Assembly (NCBI RefSeq): GCF_963921235.1
Contig: NC_086097.1
Coordinates: 23,066,001-23,130,000 of the forward strand
Reading direction: 5' to 3'
Length of the DNA: 64,000 bases
DNA from: Mobula hypostoma
Taxonomy: Eukaryota
This document shows positions 1-11,661 of the stretch, in pieces. The notes below the pieces were generated by a model. The model was not told the DNA's origin. It saw only the letters and a program-made list of their open reading frames with translations, and searched no databases. Within the stretch, counting starts at the first letter, position 1; the number at the start of each line of letters is the position of its first letter. The position numbers and the translations under genes are program-made.

Positions 1-834
1 AATGCACCGATCCTGTGCATTGGTGCCTCCAGACCAGCCAGTGATGCAACCAGCCAGGCTTCTCTCCAAGGTACAACAGGAATCGAGTACAACTCTGTTA
101 TATTAGCATTTGTTATATTGCACATTTAGTTCTGCAGGTCAGGGTACATTTGTAGCCAGTCTCCTCTTCCTGAGCTTCGACATAGCCTGAAGATCAAGAT
201 GTGAGCAGCCTCTGCACGCTAAATTTAAAACTGAGGATTAAATTGAAAACTGTGTTGCACTGACATTACTTTACTGCTTGTTAAGTAGAATACTCAAGGT
301 CACTCTTGTCTTCATGTCTTTTCCTGCAGTACTCCCAAGGATGTAATGCAAATTTGCTTTTTTTTTGAAAGGAAATGCAAAAAGCAAGATTATTACAGCC
401 CTCTTGTGAGTTTGACTTGAGTTATTAGGGTTTGTCTCTTCTTTGTAATAAATGGAGTAGGTACCATTCCCTGCTGTGTATCTTTGATCTGCTGTCTTAC
501 TATCATCTCTTCCCTGGGCATACATCTGCTTGACGAACACAGCCACCCACCTCAATTATCTTTATAGAGATCAGCGGTCGCTTTAGGAGTATTGCTTTTC
601 TTTTCCACGGCAGGTTCCCGTGAAATCGACGTGGTAATCAATATTCAGACTAATTGATGCCTCAGTTTAGAAAGACTTCATGTGAAATTGAGCCCAGAAT
701 ACATTGTCAGCTGTTGACTTAGTTGATGGCACTCTGGAACCTAACTTGAAAGGGTCTGATTCACACCCGGGAAAGTGTGCTGTATGGCTCCTTGCAAGGT
801 AGACTGCAGAAAGTATTCCAGGAATGGTCATATA

Positions 835-1561
835 GAGATAGAGGGAGTTATGTGCACCAAGTTCTTTGGAGATCACATCATGGATGACTTCACCTGGTCT
901 TTTACTGTCACCTCCCCAAACACAAAGGCACAGCAGTGCCTTCAATTCCTAAGGAGATGAAGACAACTGAAGCTCCTGCTCGCCCATCTTAACTGAATTT
1001 TAAAGAAGCACCATTGAGAGCGTTCTCACAAGTTGCATCTCCGTCTGGTATGGGAGCAGCAGAGCATTGGACCAGAAGACCTTACAAGGAATATGAGAAC
1101 GGCTGAAAGGATCATAGGGGTCTCCCTACCAGCGAACGGGGACATCTATCAGGAGCGCTGCAAATGCAGGGCCCTTATCAAGGATCTGACCCATCCATGC
1201 AGCAACCTCTTTGACTGTCTACCATCAGGAAGGAGACTCCAATACATAAAAACAAGAATGATTATGATGGGAAACAGCCTTTTCCCTCAGGTCGTTAGGC
1301 TTCTGAACTGCCTGCCGCATCGCATTTGAAGTATCATCAGCTAATCTGTTCTGTACCTTACAATACTTAATTTATGCACTCTACTTTGTTTATCTATGTG
1401 TGTAATTCATATGTAGATTTTATCCTTAAATTCCAAAGTTATTGTGTGTTATATGCGTGTTATGTGTAATACTGTGCTTTACACCCTGGTTTGGAAGAAT
1501 GTTGTCTCGTTTGACGGTATACATGCACATAGTTAAATGACAATGAACATGACTTGACTTG
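835..1561 (+). mobile_element. Rex1/Babar-type LINE, 5'-truncated degenerate 3' fragment
   Basis: Broken ORF pieces KFFGDHIMDDFTWS / KAQQCLQFLRR / AERIIGVSLP / LPSGRR / FPQVVRLLN are typical of the Rex1/Babar C-terminus; ends in (gactt)n tail. Boundaries approximate. Confidence 0.75.
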
Positions 1562-1781
1562 AAAAGTAATAAAAAGGAATTCAGTTCAGAGAAATGAGGC
1601 AGTGCAGTTGGGTAGGGGAAACAAGGCAAAGACAGTGGTGGGAATACATAGTGGTCCAGTTAGATACCTCATGGGTTTAGGGACCCACATTCAATCTTGA
1701 GCCTTGATACTGTCCATGTGGAGTTCAACTGGGTCTTGTGTCCTTCCACATCTTAAAGATTAAACTTATTTGTCACATGTA

Positions 1782-2166
1782 CAGTACTGTGCAGAAGTCT
1801 TGGGCATCCTAGATTTTTTATCTGGTTTCAGATGGTGTGGCCTCCAGAGAGCCCTGATCTCAACATCATCAAGGCTGTCTGGGATTACCTGGAAAGACAG
1901 AAGCAGACAAAACAGCTAAAGTCTCTAGAACAACTGTGGCAAGTTCTCCAAGATGTTTGGAACAACCTACCAGCTGATTTTCTTATAAAATTGCACGGCA
2001 GTGTACCTAAGAGAGTATTGATTTGATTTAGTTTTTTTTAATTGTTTACTGCCCTTTATAGTAATTTTTTTTGATATTTAGAATTTTTGAATTTCATTAT
2101 TTTTGAAAGTTTCTTCACTTTACAGAATTTTTTTTTACACTTGCGTAAGACCTTTGTACAGTACTG
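1782..2166 (+). mobile_element. Non-autonomous Tc1/mariner element with transposase fragment
   Basis: TIRs cagtactgtgcagaagtctt / aagacctttgtacagtactg flanked by TA (1780-81, 2167-68); internal ORF WPPESPDLNIIKAVW matches the Tc1 WPxxSPDLNPIE catalytic motif. Confidence 0.85.
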
Positions 2167-2194
2167 TACATTGAAACACGCAGTGAAATGCACT

Positions 2195-2389
2195 CACGAG
2201 GAAATCTGCAGATGCTGGAAATTCAAGCAACACACATCAAAGTTGCTGGTGAACGCAGCAGGCCAGGCAGCACCTCTAAGAAGAGGTACAGTCGACGTTT
2301 CGGGACGAAGGGTCTCGGCCCGAAACGTCGACTGTGCCTCTTCTTAGAGATGCTGCCTGGCCCGCTGCGTTCACCAGCAACTTTGATGT
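2195..2389. mobile_element. Penelope-terminus-derived fold-back mini-element with partial hammerhead motif
   Basis: About 75-bp inverted arms; exact 12-bp TSD gtgaaatgcact (2183-2194 / 2390-2401); sequence nearly identical to the Penelope terminus at 61607-61700. Confidence 0.85.
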
Positions 2390-3154
2390 GTGAAATGCAC
2401 TGTTAGCATCAGCAACCAACACAGTCCGAGGATGTGCTGGGAGCAGCTGGCCAGTGTCATCGTATTTCCGGCACCAGCATAGCATGCTCACAGATTACTA
2501 ACCCCAACCTATACATCTTTGCAATGTGGGAGGAAACCAGAGCACCCAGAGGAAACCCATGCGTTTATGGATAGAACGTTCAAACTCCTTACAGACACTG
2601 GTGGGAGTTGACCTTGGATCGCTGGCACTGTAACCATTATTCTATACGCGATGTTTCTGTGCCACCCCAGCTGAATGGGCCACTGTAAATTGTCCTCAGT
2701 GTGTAGATGAGTGGTAGTGCCTCCCTAACCTGCTGAGTACCTACAACACCTTGTTTATATTCACTCTGGATTCCAGGATCTTGTGTCCTCTAGGCTGAGA
2801 TTATTTTATTTGGAATAGAGAAGGCTGAGTGAGATTTAATGGAAATGTATAAGATTTGGAGGGATCTCGGCAGGGTGAACAACAAAGGAATGAAACAGAG
2901 AATGCTGGAAATAGTCAACAGATCAGACAGCATCAGTTGGGAGAGAGCTGACATTTCAGGCTAATGACCTTACTGAGAAATGCCAGAAATCAAAAAACTC
3001 TAATTTTAAATACCAGAGATTTTTCAGGTGCTGGAAATTTTTGAGCAACACACACAAAATTCTGGAGGAACTCAACAGGTCAGGCAACCTCTTTGGACCG
3101 GAAATGAATAGTCGATGTTTCAGGTTAAGTTCCTTCATTAGACACCCACCTCAA

Positions 3155-4005
3155 GATTGTTTGATTCAAGATTATTTAATGTCGTTTCTTGTAAGCAAGT
3201 GTAAGAACAAATTAATTGTTACCCCATATCCATTGCAACACATAAACCCACAAAAGATAAAGAACATAATAATAATAATAATAATTTAAGACACACACAA
3301 TAAAGACATCTGATCACTTGTATACATAGATTGATTACAGGTCCTTAAAGTGACGCTAGGATGTACGTAAGGTGACTGACAGGAAATAAAGTAATGGTGG
3401 AGTTACACATATCAAATTTGCTGGTGAACGCAGACTTGGCCCGAAACGTTGACTGTACCTCTTCCTAGAGGTGCTGCCTGGCCTGCTGCATTCACCAGCA
3501 AATTTGATGTGTGTTGCTTGAATTTCCAGCATCTGCAGAATTCCTCGTGTAATGGTGGAGTTAGTGGGTGGAGATGTTAATCAGTCTTACTGCTTGGGGA
3601 AAGTAACTGTTTTTGAGTCTAGTAGTCCTGGCATAGATGCTACACAGCCTCCTCCCCGATGGGAGTGAGGCAAACAGTCTATGAGCAGGGTGGGTGCGAT
3701 CCTTCATGATGTTACTGGCCCTTTTTTTGGCACCTTTCTGTATGTACATCCTTGACAGTGGGTAGCCTGGTGCTAGTGATGCGTTGGGCAGTTTTGACTA
3801 CCTGTTGTAGAGCCTTGCTGTTCTCCACAGTGCAGTTTCCGTACCAAGCAGTGATGCATATAGTTAAGATGCTCCCTACTGCGTATCTGTAGAATGATGT
3901 GAGTATGGATGTGCAAAGCCCAGCTCTCTTCATTCTCCCCAAAAAGTAGAGCATCAATGAACTTTCTTGACTGTGTAGGATGTGTTCTAGGACTATGAAA
4001 ACACA
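3155..4005 (-). mobile_element. Rex1/Babar-type LINE 3' fragment (interrupted at 3406-3548)
   Basis: Minus-strand ORF pieces SILTICITAWYGNCT, LQQVVKTAQRI, LPSGRR, RLKNSYFPQAVRLIN. Confidence 0.8.
3406..3548 (+). mobile_element. Penelope-terminus-derived fold-back mini-element
   Basis: Exact 15-bp TSD gtaatggtggagtta (3391-3405 / 3549-3563); short inverted arm followed by ggcccgaaacgttgactg and the common tail. Confidence 0.85.
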
Positions 4006-4709
4006 TCTTACATTTCCCCCTCACTTGGTTTCACTTAACATCGGCCAACTTGTGCTTTTTCCCCTCTTCAACTTTCTTATTCTAGTTTCTTCCCTCTTCC
4101 TGGTGAAAGGCCTTAGTCCCAAATAATGACTGATTATTCCCCTCCAATGATGCTGCCTGACCTTCTGAGTTCCTCCAGGATCTCCTGTGTTTGTTGTGAA
4201 TTTCCACCATCTGTAGAAACTCTTGTGTTTTGATGATGTTCAGGTAGTCAAGTAGCATTTGTGAAGAAAGATAGCGAGTTAACTGAAGCAAGATAAACAT
4301 GTCAGCTGAATTGGTTCAAACCAGGGGTTTTGGTTCACATGAGCAATTTATCACTCTAATTCCTTCTTCCAAATTGCATTGATCTCACTCCTGACCTGTA
4401 TAGCCCCAGTTACTCTTCCACTCACCTGCCACCCTGCTACAATTAAGAGTCTCCTTGTGTACCAAGCCTGGCTTAGTTGAGAGCAGGCTTGCCTTCGAAT
4501 CCAAAACCTCTGATTGATGATTCAATGCAGTGTTGCTAGATTATATTTCATTTTCTGTCTCTGACTGACATGAAAGATCAAGGCAGTATTTAGAAACTCT
4601 TCAGGATTTCTTTTAAAATTACCAATATTACTCGATTCAATGACTTCACGTATTTCTATTCTCACCAGTATAAGTGGTTGTCTTATATCTATGCCCATTC
4701 CATTATGTC

Positions 4710-5260
4710 AATCCATGGCCTCCTCTACTCCCATAATGACAGCACTCTCAGATTGGAGGAGCAACACCTCATGTTCTGTATGAGTAGCCTCCAACTTGAT
4801 GGCATGAACATCAATTTCTCTAACTTCTGGTAATTCTCCCCCAGTCCCCTTCTCTTTATTTTCCATTTCCCATTCTGACTTTCCTCTTACATCTTCTCTC
4901 TTGCTCATTTGCCTATCACCTCCCTCTGCTACCCGTATTCCTTCCCTTTCTCCAATGGTCCACTCTCCACACCTATTCCTCCTCCTTCAGCCTTTTATCA
5001 CTTACATCTCTCCCCTCCCAGCTTCTTTCTTCATCCCAGCCACCCACCTTCCCCCTCATCTGACTTCTACAACCTTTTAACTTGTAGTCCTTCCCCTCCC
5101 ACACCTTCTTATTCTGGCTTCTTCCCCCTGCTCACCCCCCCCCCCCACCAAACCTCTTTTTCCAGTCCTGATGAAGGGTCTCGGCCCAAAACATCAACAC
5201 TTTATTCCTTTCCGTAGATGCTACCTGACCTGCTCATTTCCTCCAGTATTTGGTGTGTGT
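4710..5260 (+). mobile_element. Penelope-like element 3' fragment with degenerate hammerhead motif
   Basis: Homologous to 61185-61700 (EEQHL...SLQ.DGMNI.FSNF C-terminus, pyrimidine-rich UTR, cagtcctgatgaagggtctcggcccaaaac at about 5163-5192). Confidence 0.8.
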
Positions 5261-5979
5261 AATATCTATGCTTCCCTGATCTGGAATCACCATAATCAAA
5301 CATAGTTTCTCCAGTCTCATGCAATTGAACTCCTTTGTAATTTTAAACATCACTTTCGAGTCTTTTGAAGGAAGTACGAAGCCCATTCTGCTCGATCTCT
5401 CTTGATTGCTCCATTCACTCAGTTCTCAAGTGCTTCAATATTCTTTCAGTAATATGGAAAACAGATTGATGTACACAGTAGTCCTAGTATTGCTTAACCA
5501 TGATTATGCATACATTTATCATTAGCTTTTGGCTTTTGTATTCTATTGCTCTAGACTTTGTCTGCATTTGGTATGTCCCCATCATTGCATATTACCACCT
5601 CTGCAGCATTGAGAATTTCAAACCTGCCTATCTGTTGTTGAAATTTTTTTCCATGCCTTCAGTGCCTCAACAGGAAAACCTGAAACTCAAATAATAAGTG
5701 TGGGGAATACTTAGCAGATTGTGCAGTATCTGTGGAGAGAGAATAGACAATTGAGCGTGGAAAAGAACAGCACAGTTCGTGCCCTTCGGTCAACAATGTT
5801 GTGTTAACCTTTCGATCTACTAGCCCATCCTTCACACACAGCCCGAATCCCCCCATTTTCCTCTCATCCTTGTGCTTAAATAAGAGTCTCTTAAATCTGT
5901 CTCTACCACCACTCCTGGCAGTGCATTCCAGGAATCCACCATTCTCCGTGTAGAAAATCTGACAGTTCCTAGAAATAGA

Positions 5980-7125
5980 ATCATTTTAATATCACTGGCA
6001 TATGGCAAGAAATCTGTCATTTCCTGGCAGTAATTGCAATACATAAAAAAACTATAAGTTACAATAACAAATATATATATATATATATTATAATTGATAA
6101 CTAGTGCAAAAAGAGAGGGAAAAATACTGAGTTAGTGTTCATGAGTTAATTGTCCATTCAGAAATCTGATGGCAGAGTGGAAGAAACTGTCACTGAAACA
6201 GTGAGGATGTGTTTTCAGGATTCTGTACCTCCTCTTGATGCAATGAGAAGAGGGCATGAACCGGGTGATGGGGCCCTTATTGTGATATCACCTTTTGAAA
6301 GTGTCTCCCATGCTGGGGAGGCTAGTATCCACAATGGAGTTTACAACTTTCTGCAGCTTTTCCCAATCCTGTGCACTGGCCACTACATTCCAGATAGTGA
6401 TACAACCAGTTAGAATGCTCTCCACGATAGTTGCAAGTGTCTTTGCTGACATACCAATTCTCCTTAAACTCCTTCTGAAATATAGTCGCTGTTATGTCTT
6501 CTTTGCAATTGCATCAATATGTTGAGCCCTGCTAGGATATATCCTCAGAGATGTTGATACCCAGGAACTTGAAACTGCTCGCCTTTTCCACTTCTGATCC
6601 GTTGATAAAGATTGATGTTTATTCCCTCGACTTCCCCTTCCTGAAGTCCACAATCAGTTCCTTGGTCTTACTGATGTTGAGTGCAAAGTGGTTGCTGCAG
6701 CACCACTCAACGAGCTGATGTATCTCACTCCTGTACACCTCCTTGTCACCATCTGAAATTCTGCCAAGAATGGTTGTGTCATCAGCAAATTGAGAGATGG
6801 TGTTTGGGCTGTGCCTAGCCACACAGTCGTGTGTACAGAGGGAATAGAGCAGTGGGCTGAGCACACCTCCTTGAGGTGCGCCAGTGTTGATTATCAGCAA
6901 GGAGGAGATGTTACTTCTGATCCACACAGACTTGTGGTCTCTGAGTGGGGAAGGCAAGGATCAACTGCAGAGTGAGGTAAAGAGGCCCAGATTTTGGAGC
7001 TTGTCGTTTAGAACTGAGGGGATGATTGTGTTGAACGCTGAGCTGTGGTCAATAACCAGCAGCCTGATGTAGATATTGCTATTGTTAAGGTGATCTAAGG
7101 CTGAGTGGACATCCACTGTAGGCCT
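5980..7125 (-). mobile_element. Rex1/Babar-type LINE RT fragment (degenerate)
   Basis: NTGAPQGGVLSPLLYSL, FADDTTILG, LNISKTKELIVDFRK and IDHSSAFNTI RT motifs in broken minus-strand ORFs. Confidence 0.85.
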
Positions 7126-7419
7126 ATTTCTGTAAACTGCTAAATTTCTCTTCACCCCCTTAAAAGAATGTCTTCTGGTATTAGCCATTGCCATCATGGG
7201 ACACAAGTGCTAGATGTTTATTCTATCTATGCCTCTTACAACTTTATGCATCTCTATCAAATCGCCTCTCATCCTCGTTTGCTCCAAAAAGAAAAGCCTC
7301 AGCTCACTCAACCTTTCCTTCACAATTCTGCTAAATCTCTTCTGCACCTCATCTAAAGCTTCGACATCTTTCCTCTGATGAGGTGATCAGAACTGAAAAA
7401 TCAGTTAATGTTTATTTAA

Positions 7420-7700
7420 ATGGTAACATAATGGTTAGCATAATGTTTTACAGTGCCAGTGACAGGGTTTCAATTCCCACCACTGACTGTAAGGAGTTTG
7501 TATATTCTCCCCCTGAAGAGTTTCCTCTGGGTGCTCTGGTTTCCTCCCACTTTTCAAAATGTACGGGTTAGTGGACGTGCTATTTTGGCGCCAAGTACAT
7601 AGCCAACATTGATGGGCTGCCCCTGCACATATTGATAGTTGACACAAATTATATATTTTGATGTACATACAACAAATAAAGCTAGTTTTTATCTTTATTT
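7420..7700 (+). mobile_element. V-domain tRNA-derived SINE
   Basis: tRNA-like head (tggttagc...gggtttcaattccc), V core gggtgctctggtttcctcccac, acaaataaagcta tail. Confidence 0.65.
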
Positions 7701-9194
7701 TTTAGAAGTGAGAAAAACAAGAGAGCTAACATGGTTTTAGTTCCAGAGAAATTTGAGGGATATGGAGTGAAAAGAGAGAATGTCTATGATTGGGTGAATA
7801 CCAAGAAAAACTGAAGGAGATGTGTGACTGCAGCAGAGAGTATGATGATGGAGATGAATGAGAACAGAGAAGAGGAGAAACGGTGGTGATATTGTGAGGC
7901 ACAAAGCATTGTGTTTGCTGGAAATCTGAAATACAGGAGAATCCTGGCTAGTTGTGATGTAGACGAGAAAGATTGGGCTCCAGTCAACTTTGACAAACTT
8001 TTATGGAGAGTATCCAGAATACTTGCATCATGGCCTGATATGGAAACATGCCTAGGATCAGAAAAGGCTACAGAAGAGCATAAAATTGTAAGATATAGGA
8101 GCAGATTTATGTCATTCGGCCCATCGAGTCTACTCCACTATTTAATCATGGCTGATTTACTATCCCTGTCAACCCCATTCTCCTGCCTTCTCCTCATAAC
8201 CTTTGAAGCTCTAACTAATCAAGAAGCTATCAACCTTAGGTTTAAATATACTCAATGACTTGTGCTCCACAGCTGTCTGCAGCAATGGATTCCACAGATT
8301 CACTACCCTATAGCCTGTTCCTCCTTATTCCTATTCTAAATCTATATCCCTCTATTCTGAGGCTGTGCCCTCTGGTCCTAGACTCACCCACTATAGGAAA
8401 AGTCCTCTCCACATCCACTCTATAGAAACCTTTTAATATTCATTAGGTTTCAATGAGATTGGCCCTCATTCTTCTAAACTCCAGTGAGTATAACCCTACA
8501 GACATCAAATGCTCCTCATACAATAACCCTTTCATTCCCAGAATCATTTTTGTGAACCCCCTCTGGAATATTTACAGTGTCTTCTTAGATAAGGACCAAC
8601 ATTACTCTCAGTATTTCATGCAGTCGGAACAATGTCTTATAAAGCCTTAGCAATAAGTCTTCACTCTTATATTCTAGCCCAGTCAAAATAAAGGCTAGCA
8701 TTGCATTTGCCTTCCTTACCACTGACACAACCTGCAAGTTACCTTTTAAGGAATCTTGCACAAGGATTCCCAAGTCCCTTTGCACCTTGGATTTTCGAAT
8801 TTTCTCCCCGTTTAGAAAATAGTCTACACCTTTATTAGTTCTACAAAAGTGCATGTCAAAACACTTCTCTACATCGTATTTCATCTGGCACTTCTTTGCC
8901 CATTCTCCGAATCTAAGTCCTTCTGTAGGCTCCCTGCTTCCTCATCACAATCAGCCCCGCCACCTATCTTCATGTAATTTACAAGCTTGACCACAAAGCC
9001 ATCAATTCTATCATCCAAATCATTGACATATAATGTGAAAAGAAGTGGTCCCAACACCGACCCCTGTGGATCATTAGTAATCAATGGCAGCCAGTCAGAA
9101 AAGGCCTCCTTTATTCCCATTCTTTGCCTCTTGCCAGTCAGCCAATCTTCTATCCATGATAGTATCTTTCTTGTAATATATGGACTCTTGTCTT

Positions 9195-9707
9195 AAACAT
9201 AAGAACATAAGAAATAGGAACAGAAGCACGCTATCCGGCCCATCGAGCCTGTCCGGCCATTCAGTAAGATCATGGCTGAGCTGTCTGTAAACTCAGCTCC
9301 ATCTACCTGCCTTTTCCCCATAACCCTTAATTCCCCTACTATGTAAAAGTCTATCTAACTGTATCGTAAAAGTGAAGAAGCCTCAACTGCTTCCCTGGGC
9401 AGAGAATTCCACAGATTCACCACTCTCTGGAAAAACCAGTTTCTCCTCATCTGTGTCCTAAATCTTCTCCTCTGAATCTTGAAGCAATGTCCCCTAGTTC
9501 TTTTTAAAGCTAAACTGGACAGCTATATGGACAGGAAAGGAGTGGAGGGTTATGGGCTGAGTGCAGGTCAGTGGGACTAGGTGAGAGGAAGAGTTCGGCA
9601 CGAACTAGAAGGGCCGAGATGGCCTGTTTCCGTGCTGTAATTGTTATATGGTTGTAGTCTCACCTACCAATGGAAACAACTTCCCTACTTTCAACTTATC
9701 TATCCCT
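9195..9707 (-). mobile_element. CR1 3' fragment nested in older CR1, itself carrying a + strand CR1 tail (about 9501-9652)
   Basis: 7-bp TSD ttgtctt (9188-9194 / 9708-9714); (aacataag)n tail at the left end. Confidence 0.75.
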
Positions 9708-10381
9708 TTGTCTTGTTCAGCAGCCTTATGTATGGCATCTTGTCAAAGGCCTTCTGAAAATCCAAGTAAACAACATCCACTGACTCTCCTTTGTCTATTC
9801 TGCCTGTTATTTCCTCAAATAATTCCAACAGATTTTTCAGGCAAGATTCTCCCTAAAGGAAACTATACTGACTTTGGCCTATTTTATCATGTGCCTCCAT
9901 GTACCCTGAAACCTTATCCTTAATAATGATTCCAACAGCTTGCCAACCACTGAAGTCAGGATAACTGCCCTATCATTTCCATTCTTCTGCAACCCTCCCT
10001 TCTTAAAAAGTGAAGTGACATTTGCAAATTTCTGTTTCTCCAGAACCATTTCAGAATCCACTGATTTTTGAGAGATCATTACTAATGCTTCCTCAATCCC
10101 TTCATCTACCCCCTTTAGAACCCTGGATTGTAATTCATTTGCTCATGGTGACTTGTCTACCTAATGCTTCCTAAGCAGCTTCTCCTTAGTAATGGCAACT
10201 ACAACCATTTCTACCCCATGACACTCTCGAATTTCGAACACATTCCTAGTATCTTCTGAGGTGAAGACTGACAAAATATTTCTTGTTCTTCTGCCATTTC
10301 TTTGTCCTCTATTACTAGCTCTCCAGCATCATTTTCCAGTGGTCCAATATGCACTCTCTCCTCTCTTTTACCCTTTATACA

Positions 10382-10698
10382 TAAAGGCATTCGTTAGTCT
10401 TGCGAGACCATGGATCTGCACCTGGAAAGTCTTCACTCTCCAGGGCGCAGGCCTAGGCAAGGTTGTATGGAAGACCAGCAGTTGCCCGTGCTGTAAGTCT
10501 CCCCTCTCCATGGCACCAATGTTGTCCAAGGGAAGGGCATTAGGACTCATACAGCTTGGCATCAGTGTCGTCGCAGAGCAAGGTGTGATTAAGTACCTTG
10601 CTCAAGGACACAATATGTTCCCTCCGCTGGGGCTCGAACTCACGACCTTCAGGTAGCTAGTCCAATGCCTTAACCACTTGGCCACGTGCCCACACCAG
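10382..10698 (-). mobile_element. tRNA-derived SINE with RTE-type 3' tail
   Basis: Pol III A box TGGCCAAGTGG (10674-10684) and B box GAGTTCGAGCC (10631-10641) on minus; flanking ttataca duplication (10375-81 / 10703-09); tail resembles the RTE 3' end at 52250-52300. Confidence 0.8.
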
Positions 10699-11661
10699 CC
10701 CCTTATACAATATATCTGAAAAAAACTTCTGATATCCTTTGTTATTTTATTGGCTAGCTCACCTTCATGTTTCATCTTTCCTCTCTTTGTGGCTTTTTAG
10801 TTGCCTTCTGCTGGTTTTTAAAAGCCTCCCAATCCTCTAACTTCCATGTAATTTTTTTCTCTTATATATGCTCTCTCTTGAGATTTTATGCTGTCTTTGA
10901 CTTCCGTTGTCAGCCATGGTTGTATCCCTTTAAAATATTTTATCGTTGGCATGTATCTATCCTGCGCCTTTCAAATTCCCAGGAAACTCCAGCCATTAAT
11001 GTTCTACTGTAATCCCTGCTAATGTGCCCTTCCAATCAATTTTGGCCAGGTCTTGTCTCATGCCTCTGTAATTCCCTTTACTCTGCTGTAATAACGATAC
11101 ATCTGACTTTAGCTTCTCCCTCTCAGACTGCAAGGTGAATGCTATCATATTATGATCACTGCCTCCTAAAGGTTCCTTTATCTTATCAAATCTGGTTCAT
11201 TACACAACACCCAATCCAGAATTGTCTCTGCTTATAACCTCAACCACAAGCTGCTCTACAAAGCCATCCTTTAAGTATGCTACAAATTCCTTCTCTTGGG
11301 ACTCAGCACCAACCTGATTTTCCCAACCTACCCGAATATTGAAACTCCCATAGTTATCATAATATTACCCTTTTGACATATATTTTATATCTCCTTTTGC
11401 AATTTATATTGCATATCCTGCTTACTGTTTGAAGGCTGCAGTATAACTCTCATCAGGGTCTTTTTCCCTTGCAGTTTCTTAACTCTCACCTACAAAGTTT
11501 CTACAACTTCCAATCCAAAGAATTTGATTTCATTTTTACCAACAAAGCCACCTACTCCCTTTGCCCAGCTGCCTGCCCTTTCAAAGCAAATGATAGGATG
11601 TAAAGCTCCCAACTATGATCTTCTTTCAACCATGACTCAGTGATGCCCACAATGTCATACC

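Larger units (their letters stand above)
1755..2668 (-). mobile_element. V-domain (HE1-like) tRNA-derived SINE split by a Tc1 element and a Penelope fold-back insertion
   Basis: Reverse complement of the V-domain core (gggtttcctctgggtgctctggtttcctcccaca) at about 2525-2558; SINE sequence resumes on either side of the two insertions. Confidence 0.65.

Noticed and set aside
10620..10695. tRNA gene
   Set aside because: A and B boxes run into a SINE body and RTE-like tail with a flanking duplication; no convincing acceptor stem or T-run terminator.
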